Of a stretch of 33,567 bases of DNA, positions 17,101 through 26,046 are shown piece after piece (position 1 is the first letter of the stretch; each line of letters begins with the position of its first letter). This stretch comes from a virus. Taxonomy: Duplodnaviria; Heunggongvirae; Uroviricota; Caudoviricetes. Under the pieces are notes generated by a model, which was not told the DNA's origin, made no database searches, and worked only from the letters and a program-made list of their open reading frames with translations. The DNA is taken from IMG/VR virus record IMGVR_UViG_3300025292_000002, positions 1 through 33,567 of that record. The stretch is one strand, 5' to 3'. The position numbers were made by a program, and so were the translations under genes.

Positions 17101-17560
17101 AGTAGATAAAGTTAAAGGTGCATTCGGCTTCTCAGTTGATGCTTCGGTAACTCCTGCTGGTGGTGCTATTGCTCCTGCTTCAATGGGTGCAATGTCTACA
17201 GCTACTGCGACAGCTCAAGGCGGAACTATCATGGATTCTATTGCTGGTCTACGGAACACAATGGGCATGGCTGATTTCTCAAGTTCTAAGTACAACGCAG
17301 GTAATGGTACTACAATCATTGATATGGCACCTTCTACGAAGCGTGATAACATGCTGATGGTTAAGAGCTTAGAAACTCAGAACAAAAACCTTGAAACACA
17401 AAACAATTTGCTTATGCAAATGGTTAACATGTTAGCTGCAGGCCAAAACATCGCTGTCAATGTTGATGGTCGAGAAGTAGCGAAAGCTACTTCTAGCTAC
17501 ATGGATACTGAATTACGTCGAGCACGTGACAGTAAATCAAGAGCGAGAGGTGGAAACTAA
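14186..17560 (+). CDS. Tape measure protein
   Basis: Over 1100 aa, N-terminal coiled coil, central hydrophobic segment, 11-residue W/F-periodic repeats; RBS AAGGAG before ATG14186. Confidence 0.95.
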   Translation: MAMNQEIAALAVSLTLDGQNFNKQMSAINKEIKNLDRDFKSAGQGVQNFEQTFTGLAAKMEVTQKKIDLMNTKLEQQKKAYQSLEGTLTSQVAKLNQLESTLGKSSPEWQRQAELVQRNSEKLNRLGSDINSTKGNLNQLQSTLRSVETSLQSSSQAAEKASRDFSKIGENAKAMGESMTGPSLAVAGIGAASTAAYLESDNSLMKIKANLGQTGKEAESTRDRVKDLADRGFDFGNATQAMISVQQVLGDTMDPKEVDNMVATLSSFSETMDMDVNESVRAVNSVMKSYGVTGREAMDVIAAGQREGLNYSGEFLDSLYEYSPQFSKLGFTAKDTLGIMKAGMQDGAFSMDKLADGVKEFSLRVTDVDKNGSEALQNLGFNTDEVSAAMNKGGDAGKNMSFKIAQALAGVENETDRNKYALALFGTQYEDVGDAAYKALAGMKNNTVETAGAADQARKAFEDSFGARMKGSLSQMKDALIQIGTAMLPAIEGAAKAGVEFAKWFSGLNPSVVTAITVIGGLVIAMAPVLMIVGQITMGIGTLVTALGKLGPMFSLIGKGAKLVGLAFTGLSLPMIGIIAAIAAVIAIGVLLWQNWDTVMAYCSKLGESVSAAWSSMVDYVGNAMSAIGNWISTKWAEITALWDASMAWISATASSIWAGITAVFDSAMNAIGSVISFVWEAIKTGWNTSLNFISSTASAIWEGIKAVFTGAMNGIKTVIDVVWNGIKAAWNMYLTALTTVATTIWNGIKAVFNLYMTAIKTVVTTVWSAIQTVWSVGFNVIKTVASTVWNAIKSIFTTVLSTLQSAVSAAWNAIKSITSSVFNAVKSVVTTVWNGIKSVITTVLSAVKSVVTSGFNAVKSVVTSVSNAVKSVVTTVWNGIKTVISSVINAVKSVVSSGFNAIKSVVTSVSNAIKSAITTVWNGIKSVITSATNGIKSTVSSVFGSLERIMTAPFKAAKSAIDGIMGGIGKAVDKVKGAFGFSVDASVTPAGGAIAPASMGAMSTATATAQGGTIMDSIAGLRNTMGMADFSSSKYNAGNGTTIIDMAPSTKRDNMLMVKSLETQNKNLETQNNLLMQMVNMLAAGQNIAVNVDGREVAKATSSYMDTELRRARDSKSRARGGN

Positions 17561-18300
17561 TGTTTAACTTTAACAACATTGATTTTTCCGCTTTACCAAT
17601 CAAAATTGTTGACATCAAACGTCCATTAATTGCTCCACAAAGAATTTCATCATCATCTATTGAAGGTAAAGCTGAGGAGGTCTTCCATCGGAAGACGTCT
17701 CAGTCCTACAATATTGATGTTGAGTTCTATTTCTTCAGCGACACTGGTTTAACATTGCGTTCAGATATTCGTGATTTAGCTGGTATGTTAGATACGTCTG
17801 CTCCAGCTAAATTGATTTTCAAAGATGAGCCAGATAAGTTTATTTATGCTATCGTTGAAGAAACTGACATTGAAAGAAAAGGACGTTACGCAATTTGTAA
17901 CGTTTCTTTCAAATGTTTAGACCCACACTGGTACGCATTAATTGACGATGTTTTCACATATACAACTGGTGGAGCTAAATCATTCACACGAAAAGGAAAC
18001 GCAGAAAGCTATCCGATAATTGAAATTGAAGGAACATCTGGTGCTTATACAGTATCAGCTAACGGTTCATCAATGAAATATTCTGGTTCATTATCTGCTG
18101 GAGAAAAATTAGTAGTTGATAGTGCGTTATTGACCGCTTACATTTTACAAACAAATGGAGAAAAACGGTCTGTTTTAACAATGCTGGATAAACTTGATTT
18201 CCCAGTGTTAAACAAAGGAAAAAATGATTTTACAATTACTGCAAGTGGCGGAGCTACTTTGTCAAAATGTAAACTATCATGTAATAGCAGATGGAAATAA
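17560..18300 (+). CDS. Distal tail protein (Dit)
   Basis: Directly after the tape measure gene; L.F.DEPDK..YA and F.C.DP.WY motifs. Confidence 0.85.
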   Translation: MFNFNNIDFSALPIKIVDIKRPLIAPQRISSSSIEGKAEEVFHRKTSQSYNIDVEFYFFSDTGLTLRSDIRDLAGMLDTSAPAKLIFKDEPDKFIYAIVEETDIERKGRYAICNVSFKCLDPHWYALIDDVFTYTTGGAKSFTRKGNAESYPIIEIEGTSGAYTVSANGSSMKYSGSLSAGEKLVVDSALLTAYILQTNGEKRSVLTMLDKLDFPVLNKGKNDFTITASGGATLSKCKLSCNSRWK

Positions 18301-18314
18301 TCCGTCTGCTATTT

Positions 18315-18332
18315 TTGAAAATTAATATTCAA
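18315..18332. promoter_or_regulatory. 18-bp palindrome (1 mismatch)
   Basis: Between Dit and the RBS of 18351. Confidence 0.8.
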
Positions 18333-18350
18333 AAATAGGGAGCGATAAAT

Positions 18351-19400
18351 ATGGCTAAAACGCCTTTTACAGATTTAAAAAGTGAGGACATTTTGTCTGC
18401 TCATATAACTGGTGTTCAACATGCTGTAAATAAACTTGAAACGGTTTTAAATTTAAAATCAGCAGCTATTACTGGGTTAACTTTAACTGCAGTAGCAGAC
18501 CAACAAGATGCTAGTTTACACCGTTTAATTTATGAGGGAAGTATCAGAAACTGGCTTGCAGCTCCAGCTCCTGTAATTAAACGAAATGGAACAGTTGTAC
18601 CTGTATCTGAGTATAAAATTCAACCAGCTTACGGTGTAGTTGTATTCAAGACGCCACAAAGTGTAACGGACGTTATTACTGCTGATGTTACACATGTAAC
18701 GGAAGCCAGCGACGTTTTAGAAGGTTTAGACAAACGTGTAGTAACGTTAGAAAATACTTCTGGCGGAGGCGGTGGAGGAACTACTGCTTCAATTATCGGA
18801 TATTCTTCTGGTGGAGATAAGTTTGATACTGATGGCACATACACAATTCAAGCTGGAGACGTTTATTTAACACATTCAGCTAAAACTGCTCCTACATTGG
18901 TTCCAGACATCGGAGCAGGGGCTAATACTATTGACGCTTTCCCATTCGTTGTAACACAACGAACAATCATTGATAAAGTAAAAGTTGAAGTTACAAAACA
19001 AAACTTTGCTGGTGCAAAAGGAATGATTGGCATTTACACAAGTGCAAACGGTCTGCCACACAAACGTCTTGATTACACAGACGCTTATGATGAAACAGTT
19101 GGGGTAATTGAAAAAGCATTAAAAGGCGGAGATTTAGTTTTAGAAGCTGGTGTTTACTGGATTGGTCGTTTTTCAAGTGCAGGAACACAGTACAGAGCAT
19201 TAAATGCTGCTGACGCTACCAAGCTAAACCTTCCAGTTGGATTACCTACGGACATTCGTGCTCCAGAAACGAAAGCTGCAGGTATTAGAACGTCTTGGGC
19301 TAACAACTCAGTTATGCCTGCTGATTATCCTGCTGGTGGTAAAGCATTCGCTCGTGACCAATACTGTTCACCATTCTACCACATCAAAAAATCTTACTAG
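18351..19400 (+). CDS. Putative tail-tip/baseplate structural protein
   Basis: After Dit; two beta-rich domains joined by a Gly linker (SGGGGGGT); function not recognised. Confidence 0.6.
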   Translation: MAKTPFTDLKSEDILSAHITGVQHAVNKLETVLNLKSAAITGLTLTAVADQQDASLHRLIYEGSIRNWLAAPAPVIKRNGTVVPVSEYKIQPAYGVVVFKTPQSVTDVITADVTHVTEASDVLEGLDKRVVTLENTSGGGGGGTTASIIGYSSGGDKFDTDGTYTIQAGDVYLTHSAKTAPTLVPDIGAGANTIDAFPFVVTQRTIIDKVKVEVTKQNFAGAKGMIGIYTSANGLPHKRLDYTDAYDETVGVIEKALKGGDLVLEAGVYWIGRFSSAGTQYRALNAADATKLNLPVGLPTDIRAPETKAAGIRTSWANNSVMPADYPAGGKAFARDQYCSPFYHIKKSY

Positions 19401-19427
19401 TAAAATGCGGATTTTACACATAGAAAA

Positions 19428-19460
19428 AGGGAGTTCCTAACGGAGCTCCCAATTTTTTTT
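19428..19460. terminator. Probably bidirectional terminator between convergent genes
   Basis: A-run, GGGAGTTCC-TAAC-GGAGCTCCC, T-run. Confidence 0.75.
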
Positions 19461-19462
19461 GT

Positions 19463-19627
19463 TTATTTTTCATCTTTCATTTTTAAATTGTCGAGATGTT
19501 GCTCGCCAACTTCTTGTATTGCAGACATAAGCGCATTTGGACTGCCATTGTATATAACACTAGCTTCGGTAGTTCCGCCAGCTGTTTCTATTGTAACTTT
19601 TAATTCATACAATTCATTTTCCATCAT
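19463..19627 (-). CDS. Small hypothetical protein (54 aa, below ORF-track cutoff)
   Basis: RBS GAGGTG; MMENELYELKVTIETAGG...KMKDEK; overlaps the end of 19614..19850. Confidence 0.65.
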   Translation of the reverse strand: MMENELYELKVTIETAGGTTEASVIYNGSPNALMSAIQEVGEQHLDNLKMKDEK

Positions 19628-19850
19628 CTTTCACCTCAATTACCACAGTTTCTTCGCCAAAAGTATATTCAACTGGTGGCATTTTAATACCATGATTATC
19701 AAGGAACCATTGTTGCATTTCTCCGAGAACAGCTTGAGCTGTCCGAGCCCATAAAACATCTTCTTTTAAATATGGTTGTTTCTTTTTTATTGCTTGATAT
19801 CTTTGAGCAATTACATATTGAGCATAATCGTCTTTAGCTTTTTCATTCAT
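19614..19850 (-). CDS. Small hypothetical protein (78 aa)
   Basis: RBS AAGGAG; middle gene of the leftward mini-operon. Confidence 0.7.
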   Translation of the reverse strand: MNEKAKDDYAQYVIAQRYQAIKKKQPYLKEDVLWARTAQAVLGEMQQWFLDNHGIKMPPVEYTFGEETVVIEVKDDGK

Positions 19851-19889
19851 CGAAACCGCTCCTTATTTTGTAATGGGGGTAACAAAAAA

Positions 19890-20060
19890 TTATTTTTGAG
19901 GTTCTCGTTGAATCCATTCAGCATAACCACATGTTGTACATACACGGTCTCCTGTTAAACCGTGAATACTACGTTCTTTCACCATATGGTCATGGTCACA
20001 TGGTTTATCACCAGCTTCTTTCCACTTTCTTCTCAATTCTAAAGCTTCATCCATTTGCAT
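19890..20060 (-). CDS. Small Cys/His metal-binding protein (56 aa, below ORF-track cutoff)
   Basis: RBS AGGAGGTG; MQMDEALELRRKWKEAGDKPCDH...GDRVCTTCG. Confidence 0.75.
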   Translation of the reverse strand: MQMDEALELRRKWKEAGDKPCDHDHMVKERSIHGLTGDRVCTTCGYAEWIQREPQK

Positions 20061-20081
20061 ATTATCACCTCCTATAAGTTA

Positions 20082-20109
20082 ATTATAACAGAAGCTATAG
20101 TGCAGTCAA
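20082..20109 (-). promoter_or_regulatory. SigA-like promoter for the leftward mini-operon
   Basis: Minus strand TTGACT-N16-TATAAT with TGn extended -10. Confidence 0.65.
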
Positions 20110-20147
20110 GAGAAATATTAAATTTATGTTACAAATGGCTTCTTTAT

Positions 20148-20176
20148 CCTTACAAGGTAGCTGAACACAGTATAAT
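20148..20176 (+). promoter_or_regulatory. CCTTACA-N16-TATAAT promoter-like motif
   Basis: Back-to-back with the leftward SigA-like promoter. Confidence 0.65.
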
Positions 20177-20390
20177 ATATTATATACTCACTAGCGTTCG
20201 TATATTATCGTTTCCAACTGGCGTTGAAAACGAGCATCGTTTCTTTCGCTTCGCTGTTGAAATTATATTGAGCTGCTAGCATAAAAGTATACTTCTGCTA
20301 TTTCATCCAATCCATTTAGCATATATATATACTATAACAGAAAAGAACATTTTACTATGTTTACGGAATGGAAGACAATAGGAGGAAATC

Positions 20391-21857
20391 ATGAATAAGT
20401 TTAATAATATGAAAGCTTATGGCTATAACTGGATTAACAAAATTAAGTACAATAGCGATTATTCTGAAAAACTTGTCCAGCTATTAACAAGAATAGGTCC
20501 TCGTCCTATTGCATTGAATAAAAGCAAAGTGCAAGTAGCTGTTTTAGAAAACAGCTTTGATGTAATAATTGACCAAGAAGTTGGCGGAATCGACGAAATA
20601 TCATTCAAGCTTCCAATGAGTGATACAAAACGTGAACTTTTGGAAAATGAAGGATTCATTCAAATGTTCGATGATATTTATGTAATCCGAGAAATCATTG
20701 ACAGAAAAAAAGATAAAACAACTGAGATTTATGCTGAAGCTCTTTGGTATGATTTACAATATGAAGAGCCATTAGAAGTTTTCAAATGGGAAACGGTAAC
20801 AGCTGATGAAATGTTAGCTGGTATTTTAGCAGGAACTGGTTGGACAGTTGGTCAAGTGGCTTTCACAACTAAACGTACATTGCGTTTAGAAGAAGTTGAT
20901 GAAAACCGTCTTGAAGTTATCCGAAAAGTTGAAAACTTATTCCAAGGTGAATTATGGTTCGATACTCAGCGAAAAACTGTTTCATTACTTGACAAAAACG
21001 GTATTGAAACTGGCGCTTCCGTTATGTATGAAAAGAATGCTGATGAAATTGAAGCATATTATGATACTCGTGATTTAATCACAAAAATTTACCTGTACGG
21101 AAAAGAAAAATTGACAATTGCAGATGCCAATAATGGTATTCCTTATCTTGAAGATTACAGCTACACAAATGTAAAACGTGTCCAAGTAATCAAGGATGAG
21201 CGTTATATCAACGCATTCCAGCTTAAAGAAATGGGACAAAAAGCTTTAGCTGAACTATCAAAACCTCGAGCTAGTTACATCGTTAAAATGGGTGAAATGG
21301 CTGAACGTCAAGGTCTTGAACATGAAAAATTCTTCATCGGTGGCGTCGTTCGTGTATACGATAAAGAACTTAATCTGAATCGTAATACTCGTATCATGAA
21401 ATGGAGCTACAATGTAGTTGAACCATGGAGAACACAATTCGATTTAGAATCTAAAGCTAAGAGTTTATCTGAGTTATTAACAGGTAAAGATGGAACGCTT
21501 GAAGTAGCAGTAAGTGAAGATGCAGTTGAACGTGGCGAATTGCTGAATTTATCTGTATTTAACTATTTAATGAACAGCCGTGCTGACGATGGTTATTCTT
21601 ACTGGACAAACAACGGTTGGGAAATTGACCCAGTCAACGGTAGCACAGGAAGTGCTAGTTTTAAAGCCAAAGGTGAGCTTGGCAAAACAAAAACGCTTCA
21701 CCAAACAGTGTACCCTTCATCTTCAGATGATTATGCTATTTCTTTCAAAGCTTTTGCGGATAGTATCGCATTAGGACCGAATGGTCAAGTTGGTATTGAA
21801 ATCACAATCAAATATGATGATGATACAACAGAAACGAAATGGATTAAACTGGTATAG
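20391..21857 (+). CDS. Tail spike / minor structural protein (prophage tail endopeptidase-like, Tal position)
   Basis: GGIDEISF.LP, L.GTGW.VG and T.IY.YGK motifs; C-terminal CBM-like beta-sandwich. Confidence 0.78.
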   Translation: MNKFNNMKAYGYNWINKIKYNSDYSEKLVQLLTRIGPRPIALNKSKVQVAVLENSFDVIIDQEVGGIDEISFKLPMSDTKRELLENEGFIQMFDDIYVIREIIDRKKDKTTEIYAEALWYDLQYEEPLEVFKWETVTADEMLAGILAGTGWTVGQVAFTTKRTLRLEEVDENRLEVIRKVENLFQGELWFDTQRKTVSLLDKNGIETGASVMYEKNADEIEAYYDTRDLITKIYLYGKEKLTIADANNGIPYLEDYSYTNVKRVQVIKDERYINAFQLKEMGQKALAELSKPRASYIVKMGEMAERQGLEHEKFFIGGVVRVYDKELNLNRNTRIMKWSYNVVEPWRTQFDLESKAKSLSELLTGKDGTLEVAVSEDAVERGELLNLSVFNYLMNSRADDGYSYWTNNGWEIDPVNGSTGSASFKAKGELGKTKTLHQTVYPSSSDDYAISFKAFADSIALGPNGQVGIEITIKYDDDTTETKWIKLV

Positions 21858-21869
21858 GAGGAAACGGAT

Positions 21870-22064
21870 ATGAGCAATTTTTCAGCACAATATGAAACAT
21901 TCGCAGCTGACGGTAGTAAACGTGTCACGGAAATGACCGTGAAGCTTACTATTAAAGATGCCACTGGTGAGTTCGGTGTTACCGACGTTATGCTTCAACG
22001 TGGAACAATTTCCACTGAGTGGGCAGCTCATCCTTCGGAGATAAAATGGACAACAAACGAATAA
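21870..22064 (+). CDS. Small tail-associated protein
   Basis: RBS AGGAGG; TDVMLQRG...W motif echoed by ADLQLQSG in the next gene. Confidence 0.7.
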   Translation: MSNFSAQYETFAADGSKRVTEMTVKLTIKDATGEFGVTDVMLQRGTISTEWAAHPSEIKWTTNE

Positions 22065-22909
22065 ACCGTAAAGATTGGACACGTTATCTCCAAACCTTTT
22101 CTAAGGACAAAACCAAAAAAGTTAAATCCATTTCATTCGACCTTAAAGCCAGCGATTTCGTTGGCGATTTAAATGTAGCTGATTTGCAGTTGCAAAGCGG
22201 AAACCAAGTAAGCGTTCAGGTGCCACACACATCTGAAATGCTTAAAGAAAAGAAACATAGCATAGATGAATATGCTTTCTTAGAAACTGTTAATGGTTGG
22301 AAAAAGAAAGGCGTTCAACCAGTTGCTAAGGGTTTCTATTCTGGCATGAAAAATCGTGTGTTTAACATTGTTGGCAGAGGACATGAAGTTGTTGCTTTGC
22401 CAAACGTTTTTCATGAAGATTACAAAAAAGAGCTTTTAACAAGCGGATTAGATTTAGAGTTGTATGCCAAAGACGATTTCGATTTATTACGTATCAGCAC
22501 AAACGATGGCGCATATGTTGAAGGTCGTAAATATGAGCAAGAAGTATTACAAAGCAATCCGTTAAATCGAAAGTATACTCGTGAGTTCTATTTTGAAGGC
22601 GGTAAAGCTGGAGAAAAAATTACATTATCAACTACATTGATTAGAGCTGATGTTGGCGGACGTAATATGCCAATTGGCCAACGTGAAATCTACATCAATG
22701 GCGGTAAAATGAAATTGTCACGACAACGATTAATGGTATCACCATTTGGTAGCTTCCGTTTGCGAATTGAATTTTACAAGCAAGTTACTGAAGGTGTATA
22801 TAATGAAAAAACTGGAGAGACGGAAGTTCTAACATATATGAAAGATGTTGGAATCGGTTATTATGGAACGGCTCAATTTGGTCAAGTTGAAGGACACCGC
22901 AGATTTTAG
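22046..22909 (+). CDS. Tail-associated hypothetical protein
   Basis: RBS GGAG before ATG22046; within the tail-tip module. Confidence 0.7.
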   Translation: MDNKRINRKDWTRYLQTFSKDKTKKVKSISFDLKASDFVGDLNVADLQLQSGNQVSVQVPHTSEMLKEKKHSIDEYAFLETVNGWKKKGVQPVAKGFYSGMKNRVFNIVGRGHEVVALPNVFHEDYKKELLTSGLDLELYAKDDFDLLRISTNDGAYVEGRKYEQEVLQSNPLNRKYTREFYFEGGKAGEKITLSTTLIRADVGGRNMPIGQREIYINGGKMKLSRQRLMVSPFGSFRLRIEFYKQVTEGVYNEKTGETEVLTYMKDVGIGYYGTAQFGQVEGHRRF

Positions 22910-22920
22910 GTGTCCTTTTT
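22889..22920 (+). terminator. Terminator-like hairpin with the upstream stop codon at the loop/3' arm junction
   Basis: AAGGACACC...GGTGTCCTT plus TTT. Confidence 0.6.
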
Positions 22921-22949
22921 CCTTACAATTTGACTCTTTTAAATACAAT
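22921..22949 (+). promoter_or_regulatory. CCTTACA-N16-TACAAT promoter-like motif
   Basis: Directly after a terminator-like hairpin and before the GH18-like tail gene. Confidence 0.6.
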
Positions 22950-22969
22950 GTTGATGAGAGGTGAAGGCA

Positions 22970-25900
22970 ATGACAAAATTATTAACTTGGACATTACATG
23001 CACCGAGTTCTTCACAATTCAGCTCATATTACAAATTAGCTGATGGTGAACCTTGGTATAGTAAAAATTATCAATTGGTAGATAAAAATGGAATGTCTAC
23101 ATGGGATTACCGAAAAAGAAGTTTCATTGAAATGATTGAAAAGTATCCTCATAAATTTTATGCCATTGGTCTCCATCAATTTGGTGTGAACCAACAAGGA
23201 CGAGTTTATAACATGGGATTCGGTACTCATGCCTTTGATAAATATGTTTTAAACAATTACAACTATGAAGAAACCGAAAGCACACCTATAATCGAAGCAA
23301 AAATAGAATTGCCAGTTGAGACATCGTTGCGTTATTTAATGCACAATTACCCACAAATTAAATGGTCTTTACAGTTTTTATGTACAACTAACAGCGTAGG
23401 TAATCGTGTAGAACCTGTTTTAGACAATGTAAATAAAGCTCAAGACAAATTTATCGACGACGTATACCATACGATGAGATTATATCTTGAAGCTGGGTTT
23501 ACCAACATTAAAGGCGTCGAAATTGACTTTGAGAAAACAACTTCACGACCAAATGATGAAAAAAAATTCAGAGATTTGCTTGTACGTGTGAAAAATGCTG
23601 TGTGTATTCCTTTAGGTTTGGAATTACGTGTCAACATGTTTGCTATGACAGGCGATTTAACACCAAGCTATTATGCTTGGCACGATTACGCTACTATAGC
23701 TAGTGGTCGAGACAAAAACGGAAATCAAGCAGTTGATGAATTTCAGCTCATGACATACGATTTTAGCTGGGGTGGTTCAGCACCAGGTCCTTCAACTCCA
23801 TTATGGTGGTTGGAAAATGTGCTGAAACATGTTAAAGATTTAGAAAATCGTGGCATTTGGAAAACAAACAAAGTATTCATTGGTAATGCTGGTTACGGAA
23901 GACGTTGGCCATTAGGTGAAAACAGATACGGTGTAACACTTGATTACAAACAATTGATGTTAGCTCAAAATGGAACGTACATTCACAACCCAGGAGAAGA
24001 AACAACTCACAATGGAGAATATGCTTTCTGGTTCAATGACCATGATTTCATCCCAATTTCTGGCTTCAATGACGATGAATCGGATTACCAAAAAACATAC
24101 ATTGGTGTTTATGACCGATTCAGATTAGGGAAAAATGACGGAGCTCGTTTTGATAATATGAACAGGCCCCCAGCGGGTAATTATGTTACCAATTATAGCC
24201 GTAAACAATTTCCTATTTTCAGCGGTGTAGCTGGTTATGATTTCAATGGTATTTCTAACAAAGACAAAAACGGTGAAGTTGATGCCAGCGATAGATATAT
24301 CAAAAACGAAATCACTGAAGCTGTAACAGATACATTATATGTAGCTGGTCGAACAACAGGTTTAGATTTGAGTTCAGTTAAAACAGGATATTCAACACAA
24401 CCATCTAAAGGCGGTATTTCCGTAAATGGTAAAGTTGATTATACGATAAATGCTACAGGAAGTTATCGTTTGGTGGCGTTAGTATTTTATCCATTCTTTG
24501 ATAAAGCTGATATTCCGTTCACATTAAATGGGACACCTTACAATATTAGCGGAAATGATGAAGAATGGTATCCATTCATGCAAGCTCAAGAAAAGCATTT
24601 TGTTGATTTGGGGACATTTAATTTCAGCGGTGAAAACAAAATTACAGTTGGAGTTACAGCTGGTGCTCAAATTTGGGGATTCGTTGCGGTGAGTAATTTC
24701 GATTACAATTTACGTGGCGGAGAAATAACATTCCCAACGAACTGTCAACCAATGAAACGTCGTAACACCGTACAAAATGAAACCGTATCATTGAAAAATG
24801 CTCAATATCCTTCAGTAATGCGAATTGTTGGTGAAACGTTAACACGTCCACCACGACCAGCAATTATTTGGGAAGATATTTTCTCAAGTTATGAAAACCC
24901 AGAAAAGCCAGAAGAAGGCGTTCCTGTTACAAAAGGATTCCCATACTACACGCAAGCTCCAGAAGGATTCTCAGTCAATGATTGGGTAGCCACAAAAGGT
25001 GGAGAAGCCGATTATGATTATGCTTACAATGATTCTCGAGGGAAAAGTTCTCAGCTTGTATTGAATAAGAAGTTTGGCTCCAATATTGCGGTAGATGTTG
25101 AGCTACGTGGACACAAGGACGATTCAACAATGACCTATGGTATCCGTCTTTTAGCTACGGAAAAATCGCCAAACAGTGGTTATGTTTGTGAACTTAACTA
25201 TTCTGAAGGTAAAGTTAAAGTTGTTTATGAAACTCCTGGCTCTGGTGGCATACCAACGAGCGAAACAATTTATTCAAAAGACATGAGCCCTGCATTATTG
25301 AAAATGAATGGACAACGAATTAAATTGAAAGCTTATATAATTGGTAACAAACTTTCATTCTGGGTCGAGAAAAATCCTTATTTTGACCGTGTTACTATTC
25401 CTTACAATCCTGGTTCAGGTGCTTATGGAGTGTATAATTTAATGGGAAGATTGAAAGTTTATAAATATAATGTTTCAAGCTTAGACCGTTATGAAAGAAT
25501 GGAACGAATTGAAATTATTACAGGTGGCAAAACTTATTATTTCGATGAAGTTGAGCGTGACTTGACTCAGGACGGATATGATAAGTATGGCTTCATTAAA
25601 TTCTCTGGATATCCAGCTGAAATCGCTGACCAAATAGGTACGCCTGGTGGCGAAGATGGAGCTACAATTGACCCTAACGGAAACACTGGGACAATTCTCG
25701 ATACTCAGCATGATGTAAATTATGAATGGAGTAACGATTACAAAAACAAATTCTTAGCGGCTGTTCCTGCATGGCAAGGACGACAAGACGTTAAGATAAG
25801 ATTTAGAGATGCTGGTATATGGTTTAGAAATTTCTATGTTGGGGACAATGAAGGAATGTCAGTAGCTTACAATAGTGACCGTATTGGTTTCATTCGTACA

Positions 25901-25993
25901 GCCAACATGGTTAATGATTATGGTTGTAAGGGTATTGCTTTGTGGACATTAGGACAAGAAGACCCTACAATATATTCATATATTTCAGGATAA
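22970..25993 (+). CDS. Large tail protein with GH18-like glycoside hydrolase motifs
   Basis: GVEIDFE, LMTYD, GNAGYGRRW and terminal KGIALWTLGQED motifs; RBS GAGGTG before ATG22970. Confidence 0.8.
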   Translation: MTKLLTWTLHAPSSSQFSSYYKLADGEPWYSKNYQLVDKNGMSTWDYRKRSFIEMIEKYPHKFYAIGLHQFGVNQQGRVYNMGFGTHAFDKYVLNNYNYEETESTPIIEAKIELPVETSLRYLMHNYPQIKWSLQFLCTTNSVGNRVEPVLDNVNKAQDKFIDDVYHTMRLYLEAGFTNIKGVEIDFEKTTSRPNDEKKFRDLLVRVKNAVCIPLGLELRVNMFAMTGDLTPSYYAWHDYATIASGRDKNGNQAVDEFQLMTYDFSWGGSAPGPSTPLWWLENVLKHVKDLENRGIWKTNKVFIGNAGYGRRWPLGENRYGVTLDYKQLMLAQNGTYIHNPGEETTHNGEYAFWFNDHDFIPISGFNDDESDYQKTYIGVYDRFRLGKNDGARFDNMNRPPAGNYVTNYSRKQFPIFSGVAGYDFNGISNKDKNGEVDASDRYIKNEITEAVTDTLYVAGRTTGLDLSSVKTGYSTQPSKGGISVNGKVDYTINATGSYRLVALVFYPFFDKADIPFTLNGTPYNISGNDEEWYPFMQAQEKHFVDLGTFNFSGENKITVGVTAGAQIWGFVAVSNFDYNLRGGEITFPTNCQPMKRRNTVQNETVSLKNAQYPSVMRIVGETLTRPPRPAIIWEDIFSSYENPEKPEEGVPVTKGFPYYTQAPEGFSVNDWVATKGGEADYDYAYNDSRGKSSQLVLNKKFGSNIAVDVELRGHKDDSTMTYGIRLLATEKSPNSGYVCELNYSEGKVKVVYETPGSGGIPTSETIYSKDMSPALLKMNGQRIKLKAYIIGNKLSFWVEKNPYFDRVTIPYNPGSGAYGVYNLMGRLKVYKYNVSSLDRYERMERIEIITGGKTYYFDEVERDLTQDGYDKYGFIKFSGYPAEIADQIGTPGGEDGATIDPNGNTGTILDTQHDVNYEWSNDYKNKFLAAVPAWQGRQDVKIRFRDAGIWFRNFYVGDNEGMSVAYNSDRIGFIRTANMVNDYGCKGIALWTLGQEDPTIYSYISG

Positions 25994-25995
25994 GA

Positions 25996-26019
25996 AAAGG
26001 AGCTTTATGCTCCTTTTTT
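25996..26019 (+). terminator. Intrinsic terminator
   Basis: AAAGGAGC-TTTAT-GCTCCTTT plus T-run. Confidence 0.75.
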
Positions 26020-26046
26020 AATAAATAAAAAATGGAGGAATTTATT

